Sequence record: MK773491.1
Reading direction: 5' to 3' (one strand)
DNA: 64,000 nt
The translations under genes were made by a program, and so were the position numbers. The first letter of the stretch is position 1. Each line of letters starts with the position of its first letter. Positions 8,603-17,557 of this stretch are shown here, in pieces. The notes below the pieces were generated by a model that was not told the origin of the DNA, did not search any database, and saw nothing but the letters and a program-made list of their open reading frames with translations.

Positions 8603-10195
8603 ATGAGTATTAGTTTTAATCATCCTAAGAATACGGTGACTAGTACTGGATCATTGAATTTAATTGTAACTACAGGTAACCCTACTTCACCACAACCAAT
8701 TAGATTTAATGCCACATCAGTAATTATGCCAGTACGTGCATTGCCATCAGGTGAAGCAGGTGCTATGGTGTTTGATACTGGTACTAAAACCATGAAATAT
8801 CATAATGGCTTGAGTTGGGTAGAAATGCTCGGTCAAGATACGATTTTACAACCGATTTATACAGAAATCAACAATATTAATCAAAAGCTAGGTACTAAAG
8901 TAGATAGTGTAACCTATAACTCAGGAGCAGTTCCACAAGCATCTATTAGTGGTACACAATTAAGTATCACATTCCCTATTTCTAGTGGTGGTAGTACTGG
9001 TAGTAATGGTTTGTTCACTTCATCTAAACAAGGCAGTATTCAAATGTACGCATTGTCTGATGGTATGTCTGCTGCTACTATACGTGAACAGATGAGTGGT
9101 AAGAGTGGTGGACAAAATGGAAGAAACGGTTCACAAAGTTCACCATTCATTTCTAATGATGGTTGGTGTTTTGCTGATGGAATGTGGTGGACATGGGAAG
9201 GTGAAAGTGGTACAGTAACTCAACGAGTACCAAATTTGAATCAACAAGCATACCTTAAACCAATGTCAGTTAGTGGTACGATACAAATTGGTTCTGTTAT
9301 TGCATCATCTGCTGCAATCGGAGGTACTTCGTTAACAATCGCACAGTTACCACCTCACAGCTTTAATGTTAGTGGACAAACTGATGCTGCTGGCGATCAC
9401 GTCCATACCTTCCCATTATCAAACCAAAGATCAGGTACTGGTTGGGCTGATGGTGCGACACCAAACAGATATGATGGCGATGGTAGAACTAATAATGGTG
9501 GGATTCACATACACACATTCCAAGGAACTACTAATACTTTAGGTTCTGGTCAGCCTCATAGTCATTCCATTAGTAACTTGGATGTAAACCACTTTAATGT
9601 AGCAGTAATTTATAATATTGCGACTCCTAGTTTTGCATTGAATGAATCTGCTGCTAATGGAAAATATGTATTAAAAACAGGTGATACCATGACAGGTTCA
9701 CTAACTATTGCAACTGCTGCGACCATAAAAGGTAACGATTCGAATCTTACAATGACATGGCGTAATAGTTCTAATGCTGAACGTGCAATGATTTATCATA
9801 GTTCGACAAACAACACACTCCGTTTCCGTTCCAATGGTGGTACTGAAATGACGTTAAACCAATCTGGTGTTTTAACAACATCTAATGTATCAGCAACTTC
9901 ACTAACTGTATCTGGTAATAGTGCTACCGTTAATGGTAGAAACATTGTTCGTTCCGTAAATGGTATTGTTGCTGATGGTAATGGGAATGTTAATTTGCCA
10001 ACTGGAGATGCGGTAACTGATGTAATGGTTGGTGACCGTCGAACTGCTGGTGTAAGTGAATCGCCCATTTATCCGGGATATATAATGACAGGATGGGCTT
10101 TTGGTAATAAGAAAGAATTACGTGGTGCATCATATTATACTGCCCCATTGATGATTTTCGTGAATGGGTCATGGCGAAATGTAGCATACAAATAA
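8603..10195 (+). CDS. Tail fibre protein
   Basis: G/S/T/N-rich; HxH metal-binding repeats (PPHSF, DHVHTF, IHIHTF, PHSHSI); VRSVNG motif; fibre-type C-terminus PGYIMTG...FVNGSWRNV; late promoter. Confidence 0.85.
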   Translation: MSISFNHPKNTVTSTGSLNLIVTTGNPTSPQPIRFNATSVIMPVRALPSGEAGAMVFDTGTKTMKYHNGLSWVEMLGQDTILQPIYTEINNINQKLGTKVDSVTYNSGAVPQASISGTQLSITFPISSGGSTGSNGLFTSSKQGSIQMYALSDGMSAATIREQMSGKSGGQNGRNGSQSSPFISNDGWCFADGMWWTWEGESGTVTQRVPNLNQQAYLKPMSVSGTIQIGSVIASSAAIGGTSLTIAQLPPHSFNVSGQTDAAGDHVHTFPLSNQRSGTGWADGATPNRYDGDGRTNNGGIHIHTFQGTTNTLGSGQPHSHSISNLDVNHFNVAVIYNIATPSFALNESAANGKYVLKTGDTMTGSLTIATAATIKGNDSNLTMTWRNSSNAERAMIYHSSTNNTLRFRSNGGTEMTLNQSGVLTTSNVSATSLTVSGNSATVNGRNIVRSVNGIVADGNGNVNLPTGDAVTDVMVGDRRTAGVSESPIYPGYIMTGWAFGNKKELRGASYYTAPLMIFVNGSWRNVAYK

Positions 10196-10207
10196 GGAAA
10201 ATTGAAA

Positions 10208-10747
10208 ATGAAACCTGTAATATATAAAAAATGGGAACTTTATAAACCGCAAGTTACAGAAGAAAATTTATTTGAAATATCAAAAGGTGTTAATTATTTT
10301 AAGGATGAATCTGATAATGATTGGTATGAATTACGTGATGAATTGTCTGTGAAATATAAAGAACACTATTTTTTGATAACAAACATGAAAACTAATATTA
10401 TAGAAAGTGTTAGTACTGATGTAAATTTCTGTGTTCCAGTAAATGGAAACTTGGTAATAGTTGATAGTATCCCCGATGGATTGCGTGAAATGCCCCATTA
10501 TTTTAGATTTGAAAATGATAAAATTGTACCGGATAATACTTACAAAATTAATGCATTGACTGACTATATCAATGAAGAATTAATGTGGGCTTCTTCCCAG
10601 ATCAGTGCACTTAATGATATAGAAGAGTTTGGAACACCAACCGAAGAAGAAAAAGAACGTTTGCTTGCATTGCGTAAGTACCGCTTTACTCTAACTCGTG
10701 TAGTACCGGAAGATAACCCAGATATTGACCTTCCAGATCGTCCTTAA
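10208..10747 (+). CDS. Tail fibre assembly chaperone (Tfa-like)
   Basis: YFKDESDNDWYE and LLALRKYRFTLTRV...P.RP motifs; follows the fibre gene. Confidence 0.8.
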   Translation: MKPVIYKKWELYKPQVTEENLFEISKGVNYFKDESDNDWYELRDELSVKYKEHYFLITNMKTNIIESVSTDVNFCVPVNGNLVIVDSIPDGLREMPHYFRFENDKIVPDNTYKINALTDYINEELMWASSQISALNDIEEFGTPTEEEKERLLALRKYRFTLTRVVPEDNPDIDLPDRP

Positions 10748-10753
10748 AAAATC

Positions 10754-10784
10754 TTGGGACAAAAAAAGGATCATGTGATATAAT
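10754..10784 (+). promoter_or_regulatory. GGGACA-class promoter (dsbA-like/pol)
   Basis: TTGGGACA-N17-TATAAT with TGTGA extension. Confidence 0.8.
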
Positions 10785-10840
10785 AGAAGCACGATGAGCA
10801 ATGACGCTCACGTGCTTTTTTTATAAATGGAGAAAACAAC

Positions 10841-11137
10841 ATGGCTAAGAAAACTGAAAACAAAGTAGAAATCAAAGACCTAAACGACGAGCAACGCAAG
10901 CGTCTTGGTGCTGGCCTAAACAATGCTGTAGTCCAACTAACCTATATGGAAGATACTAAAGCGGCTTATTCTGATTTCATTGATTCACTAGCTGATGAAC
11001 TTGGTCTAGATGCATCAACCATCAAACAAGCGGCAACCCGTATGCATAAAGGTGATTTCTTCGATAAAGTCCGTAAACAAGATGAAATCGAAACTATCCT
11101 TCAAATTACTGGTAACCTACCAGAAGATGACGAGTAA
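10841..11137 (+). CDS. dsDNA-binding protein (T4 DsbA/GapR-like)
   Basis: ADELGLDASTIKQAATRMHK resembles T4 DsbA AKDELGVDGKMFNRLLALYHK; 98 aa, helical. Confidence 0.65.
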   Translation: MAKKTENKVEIKDLNDEQRKRLGAGLNNAVVQLTYMEDTKAAYSDFIDSLADELGLDASTIKQAATRMHKGDFFDKVRKQDEIETILQITGNLPEDDE

Positions 11138-11147
11138 TATGTCATAC

Positions 11148-11171
11148 AGCCTCCTAGTATGGAGGCTTTTT
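11148..11171 (+). terminator. Intrinsic terminator after the dsbA-like gene
   Basis: AGCCTCC-TAGTAT-GGAGGCT-TTTT. Confidence 0.75.
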
Positions 11172-11202
11172 AATTGAAGTATGTTTATTATAAGGAAATA
11201 AG

Positions 11203-14200
11203 ATGTATATAGATGGATTTATGGAACGTAAACGAACTGGTGATATTCTACATGTAGCAGAACGTATTAACGGTCGTCGTGTACTTCGTCAACTAGACCC
11301 TGTATATGAATACTATGTTGAATCACCAACGGGAACATTTAAAACCATTCACGGTACAATGGCTGAGAAATTAACCTTTGCTAACCAACGTGATATGCGT
11401 AGTTCCCTTGAACTACATCAAGGTCGTCGAACCTACGAATCTGACTGTAACGTTACCTTTAAAACTCTTGCACAAGAGTACATGGGTAAAGGTTCACCAG
11501 ATTTGAATATGGTATTCTTCGATATTGAAACCGACTTCCATAAGAAGCTCGGATATGCACCACCAAGTAACCCATTTAACCGTGTTACTGCAATTTCCCT
11601 TTATCAGAACTGGACAGGTAAAGATTATGTACTAACCTTACCACCTGATGATATGGAATTAGTTGAAGCACAGGATATCGTTAACCGATTGAATGAAGAA
11701 ACTAATGATCCTAACAGTGTAGTACTTCTTTACACCGAAGAAACTGAAATGTTCAATGACTTCTTTGATTTGATTGATGATGCTGATGTACTTTCTGGAT
11801 GGAACAGTGAGTTCTTCGATATTCCATACATGGTTAACCGTACTGCAAAAATCTTCAATGCTGCAACTACGGCTCGTTGGTGTTTGTGGAATAAAAAACC
11901 TGTATCTCGTGAAGCAGATATGTTTGGTAAAACAATTGTCACTTATGACTTAATCGGTCGTGTTCACCTAGATTATCTAGCGTTGTATAAGAAACACGCA
12001 GGTCAAGTCGAACAATCGTACAAACTAGACTTCATCGCAGAGAAAGTTACAAAAGAAAATAAAGTAGCGTATGAAGGTTCTCTTGACAAATTGTACAGAG
12101 AGGATTATATTACATTCCTACGTTATTCCAAACAGGATAGCATTCTTCTTAAAAAGATTGATGAGAAGTTAGACTACATCAACCTACACAACCGACTAGC
12201 ACACAAAGAATGTGTACTAATCAGTACTACAATGGGTTCTGTAGCACTAATTGACACCGCAATCATAAACCTTGCACATTCAAGAGGTGAAGTGGTATTT
12301 GATAAGAAACCACAAGAAGATGATGTTACTGAACAAGATGATCGTTATGATTACCTCATTGAAGATGAGGATGATGGTTCAGATAATGAACCAGTATCGG
12401 CAAAAGCTGCTGGTGCATGGGTACAAGATCCAGTATTAGGACTTGTAGACTACTTAGGATGTACTGACTTTAACTCACTATATCCAACAGTACTACGTAC
12501 ATTAGGTATGAGTACTGAATGTATTCTTGGACAAATTCGCCAAGATTATACAGATGCACATCTTGCAAAACGTGTAGAAGAACAACGTATGCGTTCTAAG
12601 TCTAAGAAGTTCGAACCGAACTGGACAGAAGCATGGCACGGTCTATTTGCAAGTGTTGAGTTCACGATGGTTCGTGAGCGTTCAGAACAAACACTAATTG
12701 TTGATTTGGAAGATGGCACTAGTTTCAACGTGACAGGTGCAGAGCTTCATGATATCATTTATGCTGAAGACAGTACTATTGTACTTTCTGCTAATGGTAC
12801 GTTGTTCGATAAAACTAAATCTGGGGTCATTCCAGAGATTCTAACTCAATGGTATTCTGAGCGTAAGTCTCAACAGAAGATGGTAATCGACTTCAAACAC
12901 ATTTATACTGATGGTTGGGAAATGCCAGAGGACGCTATCGATAAGATAGAGGCTGCTATGGCTCGCTACAAGCGTTCTGAGACGATGTATAGAACGAACC
13001 TACACGAAGACGATCCAGTTTATTTGATTCGTCAGGCGTTGGTACAGAGCGATTATGAGCAGGTTGGAAAGCTAATCACAGAGAACGGTCTTCTACTAGA
13101 AGATGGTCGTATCAAATGTACTAAAGAAGAGAAAAATTATTGTAAAACGCAATCTGCGTTCTGGAAGCAGAACCAACAGATTCGTAAGATTCTTCTCAAC
13201 TCTCTTTATGGTGCATTGCTCAACAAAGGTTCTAGATTCTTTGATAAACGTTTAGGTCAATCTGTAACCTTAACTGGTCGCAGTATGACTAAACATATGG
13301 CATCCCGTATCAACGAAATTTGTACTGGTGAATACAATCACCAAGGCGGCGTTGTAATTTACGGCGACACCGACTCCGTTTACTTTAGTGTAGCTCACTA
13401 CATGAAAGAACAGGGTCTACCATTTGATTTAACAAAAGAAGAAGTTGTTGATCTATATGTGAAAATTGGTGATGAAGTTGGTGCATCTTTCCCTTCCTTT
13501 ATGGATGAATATTTCAATACTGGTATTGAGAAAGGTAAAATCGTAGGTGCAGATTTGGAAATGGTAGGCTCTCGTGGTCTATTCTTGAAGAAAAAGCGTT
13601 ATGCGATCCTCAAATATTGGGAAGATGGATTCCGTAAAGACGAAGATGGTTCACCGGGTGAAATCAAGGCTATGGGATTAGAAATCAAACGTTCTGATAC
13701 ACCAAAGTATATCCAAGATTTCCTACAAGAAACTCTTATCGCATTGCTAGTTGGCGAAGGAGAAGAAGAACTACGTAATAGAGTTCGTGCATTCAAAACT
13801 ATTTTCCGTGATAAGCCCATTCAGCAGAAAGGGCAACCACGTACAGTTAAAAACTATTCGAATCTAGAAGAAGAATATAAGAAAACTGGTAAATTATCAG
13901 TATCGCATGTTCTAGCTGCGATTCAATGGAACAAACTACGTGATATATATGAAGATCAATCAGTTCCAGAAGCAACTGACGGTACTAAAGTTATCGTTTG
14001 TAAGTTAAAGCCAAACCCAATGGGAATAAAAGCTGTCGGCTACCCAATTGATTGTGCTGAATACTTACCAGAATGGTTCTTGGAGCTACCTTTTGATGAA
14101 GATGAGATGGAAAAAGCCGTTTTGACTAAGAAACTAGGTAATATTTTCGGTATTCTAAACATGGATATCGCAATCAACGAGAAGAGTACACTAGTAATGG

Positions 14201-14223
14201 ATAGTGGATTCTTCGAATGGTAA
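11203..14223 (+). CDS. gp43: Family B DNA polymerase (gp43-like)
   Basis: Exo motifs FFDIET, WNSEFFDIPY, YSKQD; polymerase motifs DFNSLYP, KILLNSLYG, YGDTDS, KKRYA. Confidence 0.97.
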   Translation: MYIDGFMERKRTGDILHVAERINGRRVLRQLDPVYEYYVESPTGTFKTIHGTMAEKLTFANQRDMRSSLELHQGRRTYESDCNVTFKTLAQEYMGKGSPDLNMVFFDIETDFHKKLGYAPPSNPFNRVTAISLYQNWTGKDYVLTLPPDDMELVEAQDIVNRLNEETNDPNSVVLLYTEETEMFNDFFDLIDDADVLSGWNSEFFDIPYMVNRTAKIFNAATTARWCLWNKKPVSREADMFGKTIVTYDLIGRVHLDYLALYKKHAGQVEQSYKLDFIAEKVTKENKVAYEGSLDKLYREDYITFLRYSKQDSILLKKIDEKLDYINLHNRLAHKECVLISTTMGSVALIDTAIINLAHSRGEVVFDKKPQEDDVTEQDDRYDYLIEDEDDGSDNEPVSAKAAGAWVQDPVLGLVDYLGCTDFNSLYPTVLRTLGMSTECILGQIRQDYTDAHLAKRVEEQRMRSKSKKFEPNWTEAWHGLFASVEFTMVRERSEQTLIVDLEDGTSFNVTGAELHDIIYAEDSTIVLSANGTLFDKTKSGVIPEILTQWYSERKSQQKMVIDFKHIYTDGWEMPEDAIDKIEAAMARYKRSETMYRTNLHEDDPVYLIRQALVQSDYEQVGKLITENGLLLEDGRIKCTKEEKNYCKTQSAFWKQNQQIRKILLNSLYGALLNKGSRFFDKRLGQSVTLTGRSMTKHMASRINEICTGEYNHQGGVVIYGDTDSVYFSVAHYMKEQGLPFDLTKEEVVDLYVKIGDEVGASFPSFMDEYFNTGIEKGKIVGADLEMVGSRGLFLKKKRYAILKYWEDGFRKDEDGSPGEIKAMGLEIKRSDTPKYIQDFLQETLIALLVGEGEEELRNRVRAFKTIFRDKPIQQKGQPRTVKNYSNLEEEYKKTGKLSVSHVLAAIQWNKLRDIYEDQSVPEATDGTKVIVCKLKPNPMGIKAVGYPIDCAEYLPEWFLELPFDEDEMEKAVLTKKLGNIFGILNMDIAINEKSTLVMDSGFFEW

Positions 14224-14234
14224 TAGGAACAATA

Positions 14235-14807
14235 ATGTCAGGAATTTTTCAACGCATTGGGGAGGCAATTGCCTCCCAAGGTAAAATCACACTAGTTGCC
14301 GCACTAAATGATGAAGAAGCAAACATTCTCATGGGTGCTGGGTTCAAAAAAGCTGGTACAATGGATCTAAATGGTTCTTTAGTTGACCTTTACGAAGTAA
14401 AAGTACAACAAATAATCAACACTACTCAACCATATCAAATTGCACGTGATATTTTTGATAAGCCTCGGAAATATGAACAACAATGGCCTGAAAACTATCG
14501 CATGTACTCTATCGGCACTGGTACTGGTCAAGCTGCTCATTTAAATTTCAAAGGAAACACCACTTCTTTGATGGATGCTGCATATGATCCACTAAGTATT
14601 TTAGAAGATTATTTCTTCCCAAGAAAAGAGGAAGAAACTCATAGAGAATTCAAAATTGAAGTTGATGATATGGATGAAGAATCCAAAAATGATTTCATTC
14701 AAAAAGTTAAAGATGAATTCCATAAATCAGGTCGCACATATTGCGATGATAGCTGGACTTCTTATAATGTAAATTACAGTGGCAACACTGACCACCGTAA
14801 CTGGTAA
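14235..14807 (+). CDS. Hypothetical protein carrying a permuted copy of the portal clip region (candidate portal mimic)
   Basis: 14562-14621 encodes TSLMDAAYDPLSILEDYFFP versus portal 769-828 TSLMDAAYNPLSILEDYFFP; 14643-14726 aligns with portal 655-738. Confidence 0.75.
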   Translation: MSGIFQRIGEAIASQGKITLVAALNDEEANILMGAGFKKAGTMDLNGSLVDLYEVKVQQIINTTQPYQIARDIFDKPRKYEQQWPENYRMYSIGTGTGQAAHLNFKGNTTSLMDAAYDPLSILEDYFFPRKEEETHREFKIEVDDMDEESKNDFIQKVKDEFHKSGRTYCDDSWTSYNVNYSGNTDHRNW

Positions 14808-14823
14808 TAAAAATAAAAAAAAG

Positions 14824-14854
14824 TTGGGACGTACCGAGATTTATGTGATATAAT
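14824..14854 (+). promoter_or_regulatory. GGGACA-class promoter (clamp operon)
   Basis: TTGGGACG-N17-TATAAT, TGTGA. Confidence 0.8.
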
Positions 14855-14913
14855 AGGTACGTCACAACGTTAAAAATAAGAAACGTTAACAAAATGGAAT
14901 TGGAGATTTAAAA

Positions 14914-15645
14914 ATGGATTTACGCAACGTTCTACGCGACCTAGTTAGCACTACTACTGGTATGGATTTCTCTTGTATCGCAGTTTCACGAGAAGACCGT
15001 GGCGAAGGTAATCGTGTTTACATGGAAGCATATACAGATGATAAGACTCTAATCATGAGAGCCGAAACTAAAGAAGACGTACCAGAAGTTGAAGGTCGTT
15101 TTGGTCTAGGTAACCTCGGAATGCTTCAAGGTCTTATGAATCTAAAAACCTACAACTCCGAATCTGCTAAGATCGCAGTCAATGCAGCAAACGGTGTTGT
15201 TAAAAGTCTAGCATTTACATCTGATGATGCAAGTACTAACTTTATTGTTCAATCGGAAAAATTTATTCCTAACCAACCACGCTTTACTCCACAACCATAT
15301 GATGTACAGGTTACACCTAGTGCTGCAAAGGTTGGCGAACTAAAGTCTTTCTCTAGTGTATTCAAATCTTTTTCTGCTTTAGTTACTCCTTATACTGAAG
15401 GTGATACACTATATTTCCACGTTGGTGAGAAGAATAAATCAAACCACTCAGGTGCATTAGCTTTCACCAAAACTGATGGTGAACTAAAACTAGGATATGG
15501 TTATGCGATTGATCGTCTTCTTCAAGCACTAAATCGTGTGTCTAATGCTGAAGAAATTACCCTTGGTATTACAAAAACTGGTATGCTAAACGTTACTGTT
15601 GACACTGGCATTACTGTGTTTAAATTCTTCATCCAAGGTAACTAA
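14914..15645 (+). CDS. Probable DNA polymerase sliding clamp (gp45-like)
   Basis: 243 aa, alternating beta/alpha pattern with two-domain size; near the polymerase; own promoter. Assigned by size, fold pattern and context only. Confidence 0.55.
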   Translation: MDLRNVLRDLVSTTTGMDFSCIAVSREDRGEGNRVYMEAYTDDKTLIMRAETKEDVPEVEGRFGLGNLGMLQGLMNLKTYNSESAKIAVNAANGVVKSLAFTSDDASTNFIVQSEKFIPNQPRFTPQPYDVQVTPSAAKVGELKSFSSVFKSFSALVTPYTEGDTLYFHVGEKNKSNHSGALAFTKTDGELKLGYGYAIDRLLQALNRVSNAEEITLGITKTGMLNVTVDTGITVFKFFIQGN

Positions 15646-15652
15646 TAAATCA

Positions 15653-15676
15653 AGGGGAACTATGTTCCCCTATTTT
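15653..15676 (+). terminator. Intrinsic terminator after the clamp gene
   Basis: AGGGGAAC-TAT-GTTCCCCT-ATTTT. Confidence 0.65.
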
Positions 15677-15693
15677 CGATGGAGATGTAACAA

Positions 15694-16317
15694 ATGAGTA
15701 CTCCACGCTTTATTGCTGATACCCACTTGGGTCACCGCAATATCTATAAGTACAGAAAAGTGTTCGATAGTACTAAACATAATGACTTGTACTTTATTCG
15801 TATTCTGCAAGAAACTTGCAAAAAAAGAGATACTATGTTTTTCTTGGGTGATATTTGTTTTGACAAACAATATCTAGAAATTATAAAAGAACTTCCGGGA
15901 CAAAAAATTCTTATTCCGGGAAATCACTGTACTGAATATATTCCAATGAAAGAACTAGTAGATGTTTATGATGAAGTACATGCACTACTAAAATATAAAG
16001 AATTCTGGCTTTCTCATGCACCAATTGCTGATGTTGAATTACGTGGTAAAAGAAATATTCATGGACATGTTCATGCACAGTCTGTTCCTGATATTAAATA
16101 TCTAAACACTTCTGTTGATAGTGAATTTATGAGATTTCTACCTAGAACACTTCATGAAGTTCGTCAAGCATTTGAAACAATGGAACAACTCGGTTCACAT
16201 TATGGTGGATTAGAAGACCGCGATGATGCATTAGAAGTTATCATGTCAAATCCTATTTCAAAAGCAGCTTACGAGTGGTCTAAGAAAGAAGCAGAAAAGA
16301 TTATGGTTTTTCAATAA
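15694..16317 (+). CDS. Calcineurin-like metallophosphoesterase
   Basis: DTHLGH, GD, GNH, SHAP, HGHVH motifs. Confidence 0.9.
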   Translation: MSTPRFIADTHLGHRNIYKYRKVFDSTKHNDLYFIRILQETCKKRDTMFFLGDICFDKQYLEIIKELPGQKILIPGNHCTEYIPMKELVDVYDEVHALLKYKEFWLSHAPIADVELRGKRNIHGHVHAQSVPDIKYLNTSVDSEFMRFLPRTLHEVRQAFETMEQLGSHYGGLEDRDDALEVIMSNPISKAAYEWSKKEAEKIMVFQ

Positions 16318-16327
16318 GGATATTAAA

Positions 16328-16531
16328 ATGCCATTATATACATACAAATGTCAAAATGAAGAATGTGATCATTCTGAAGATAAAATTGTCAAAATTTCAA
16401 ATCGTGACGATGAGCGGAAATGTCCATCATGTGAAGATGGATTACTAAAGCGTGAAGAATTCACTGCTGGTGATAAAGGTGCATCATTCCGTTTCAAAGG
16501 AAACTGGTTCAATACTACAGGGAGATACTAA
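16328..16531 (+). CDS. FmdB-family zinc-ribbon protein
   Basis: MPLYTYKC...C...CPSC...FKGNWF pattern. Confidence 0.85.
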   Translation: MPLYTYKCQNEECDHSEDKIVKISNRDDERKCPSCEDGLLKREEFTAGDKGASFRFKGNWFNTTGRY

Positions 16532-16821
16532 TGAGTACTTTAAAAATGATTAATGACTATGTTCTAGTGGAACTAGTTGAAAACCACACTACCAGTACTG
16601 GTGGTATTATTCTAACCAACGTTGAGCCACCTTGCATTGGTCGTGTTGTTTCAGTTGGCCCCGGACGTATCCTAAATAACGGTGAAAGGGCTGAACACAA
16701 CATTGAAGTTGGCGAAGAAATTGTATTTGGTAAATCTTCCTTGAATCAGCCTCTAGAACACGAAAAAGTAACATATTATGTTATGAAAATTGATGAGGTA
16801 TTTGGTAAAAGAAATGGCTAA
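16531..16821 (+). CDS. groES: Co-chaperonin GroES
   Basis: DYVLVE, TSTGGIIL mobile loop, GRVVSVGPG, VGEEIVF. Confidence 0.92.
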   Translation: MSTLKMINDYVLVELVENHTTSTGGIILTNVEPPCIGRVVSVGPGRILNNGERAEHNIEVGEEIVFGKSSLNQPLEHEKVTYYVMKIDEVFGKRNG

Positions 16822-17515
16822 GAAGTTACCATTCTGGATGATCCCCGCTCATTGGGGATTATCTGGTAAAGCAAAAGAAATTGCTAAGATTAACTACTTT
16901 TATGAAGGGTATGAAGCTGATGTACGATGTGCACCACTTGTGTACTTAACTGAGTATGAAGTTGATAAAGCAATTGTTGATATTGAAAAAAAATACAACA
17001 AACTTTCTGAATTAGAATATGATTTGAAGATGCTCGACATTGAGTTGAAGCATAAACGTATTACTGAACATGAACGTGATGAACAAGCACTCGACAAGCG
17101 TTTCCAACATAATGCAATTCGCGAAAAGGAGTATGATGCTGCTAAAGTTGAATTAATGGAAGACGGTGATGAGAAGCGTTTAGCTGCAATTGAATACGCA
17201 TTTAAATATCATGAGATTACTGAACGAGAGTACAGTAAAGAACTCTTTACCATGCGTAAAGAACCTTGGATGGATTTTGATGTAGAATTCAATCAAGAAA
17301 CTAATAAGGTTGAATTCATATTTGATTACAATGAATACTTTTGGAAGAAATTAAAGGCCGAAGGTCATCCGGGTAATGATGAATATGAAATCATTGAAAA
17401 CTTTATTAAAGATTGGGGAAGGAAGTTAGACGATGAAGAGTACACTGATGATGAAGATGTGAACTTAACACGTATGACTGATGAATTACCTGATAATATC
17501 AAATTTTACAAATAA
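16814..17515 (+). CDS. Conserved hypothetical protein with helical repeats
   Basis: Long ORF overlapping the groES stop; start refined to MAKKLPFW. Confidence 0.6.
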   Translation: MAKKLPFWMIPAHWGLSGKAKEIAKINYFYEGYEADVRCAPLVYLTEYEVDKAIVDIEKKYNKLSELEYDLKMLDIELKHKRITEHERDEQALDKRFQHNAIREKEYDAAKVELMEDGDEKRLAAIEYAFKYHEITEREYSKELFTMRKEPWMDFDVEFNQETNKVEFIFDYNEYFWKKLKAEGHPGNDEYEIIENFIKDWGRKLDDEEYTDDEDVNLTRMTDELPDNIKFYK

Positions 17516-17545
17516 AAAAAAGGAGAACTTTCGTTCTCCTTTTTT
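17516..17545. terminator. Bidirectional terminator between convergent genes
   Basis: A-tract GGAGAAC-TTTC-GTTCTCC T-tract. Confidence 0.85.
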
Positions 17546-17557
17546 ATTAAGTTTTTA

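Noticed and set aside
8603-10195. Diversity-generating retroelement target in the tail fibre
   Set aside because: No reverse transcriptase and no TR/VR repeat pair noticed in the window.
11203-14223. Intein or intron in the long DNA polymerase
   Set aside because: The long segment between DFNSLYP and KILLNSLYG lacks intein N-terminal C/S and C-terminal HN-C/S/T motifs and LAGLIDADG blocks; the frame is continuous.
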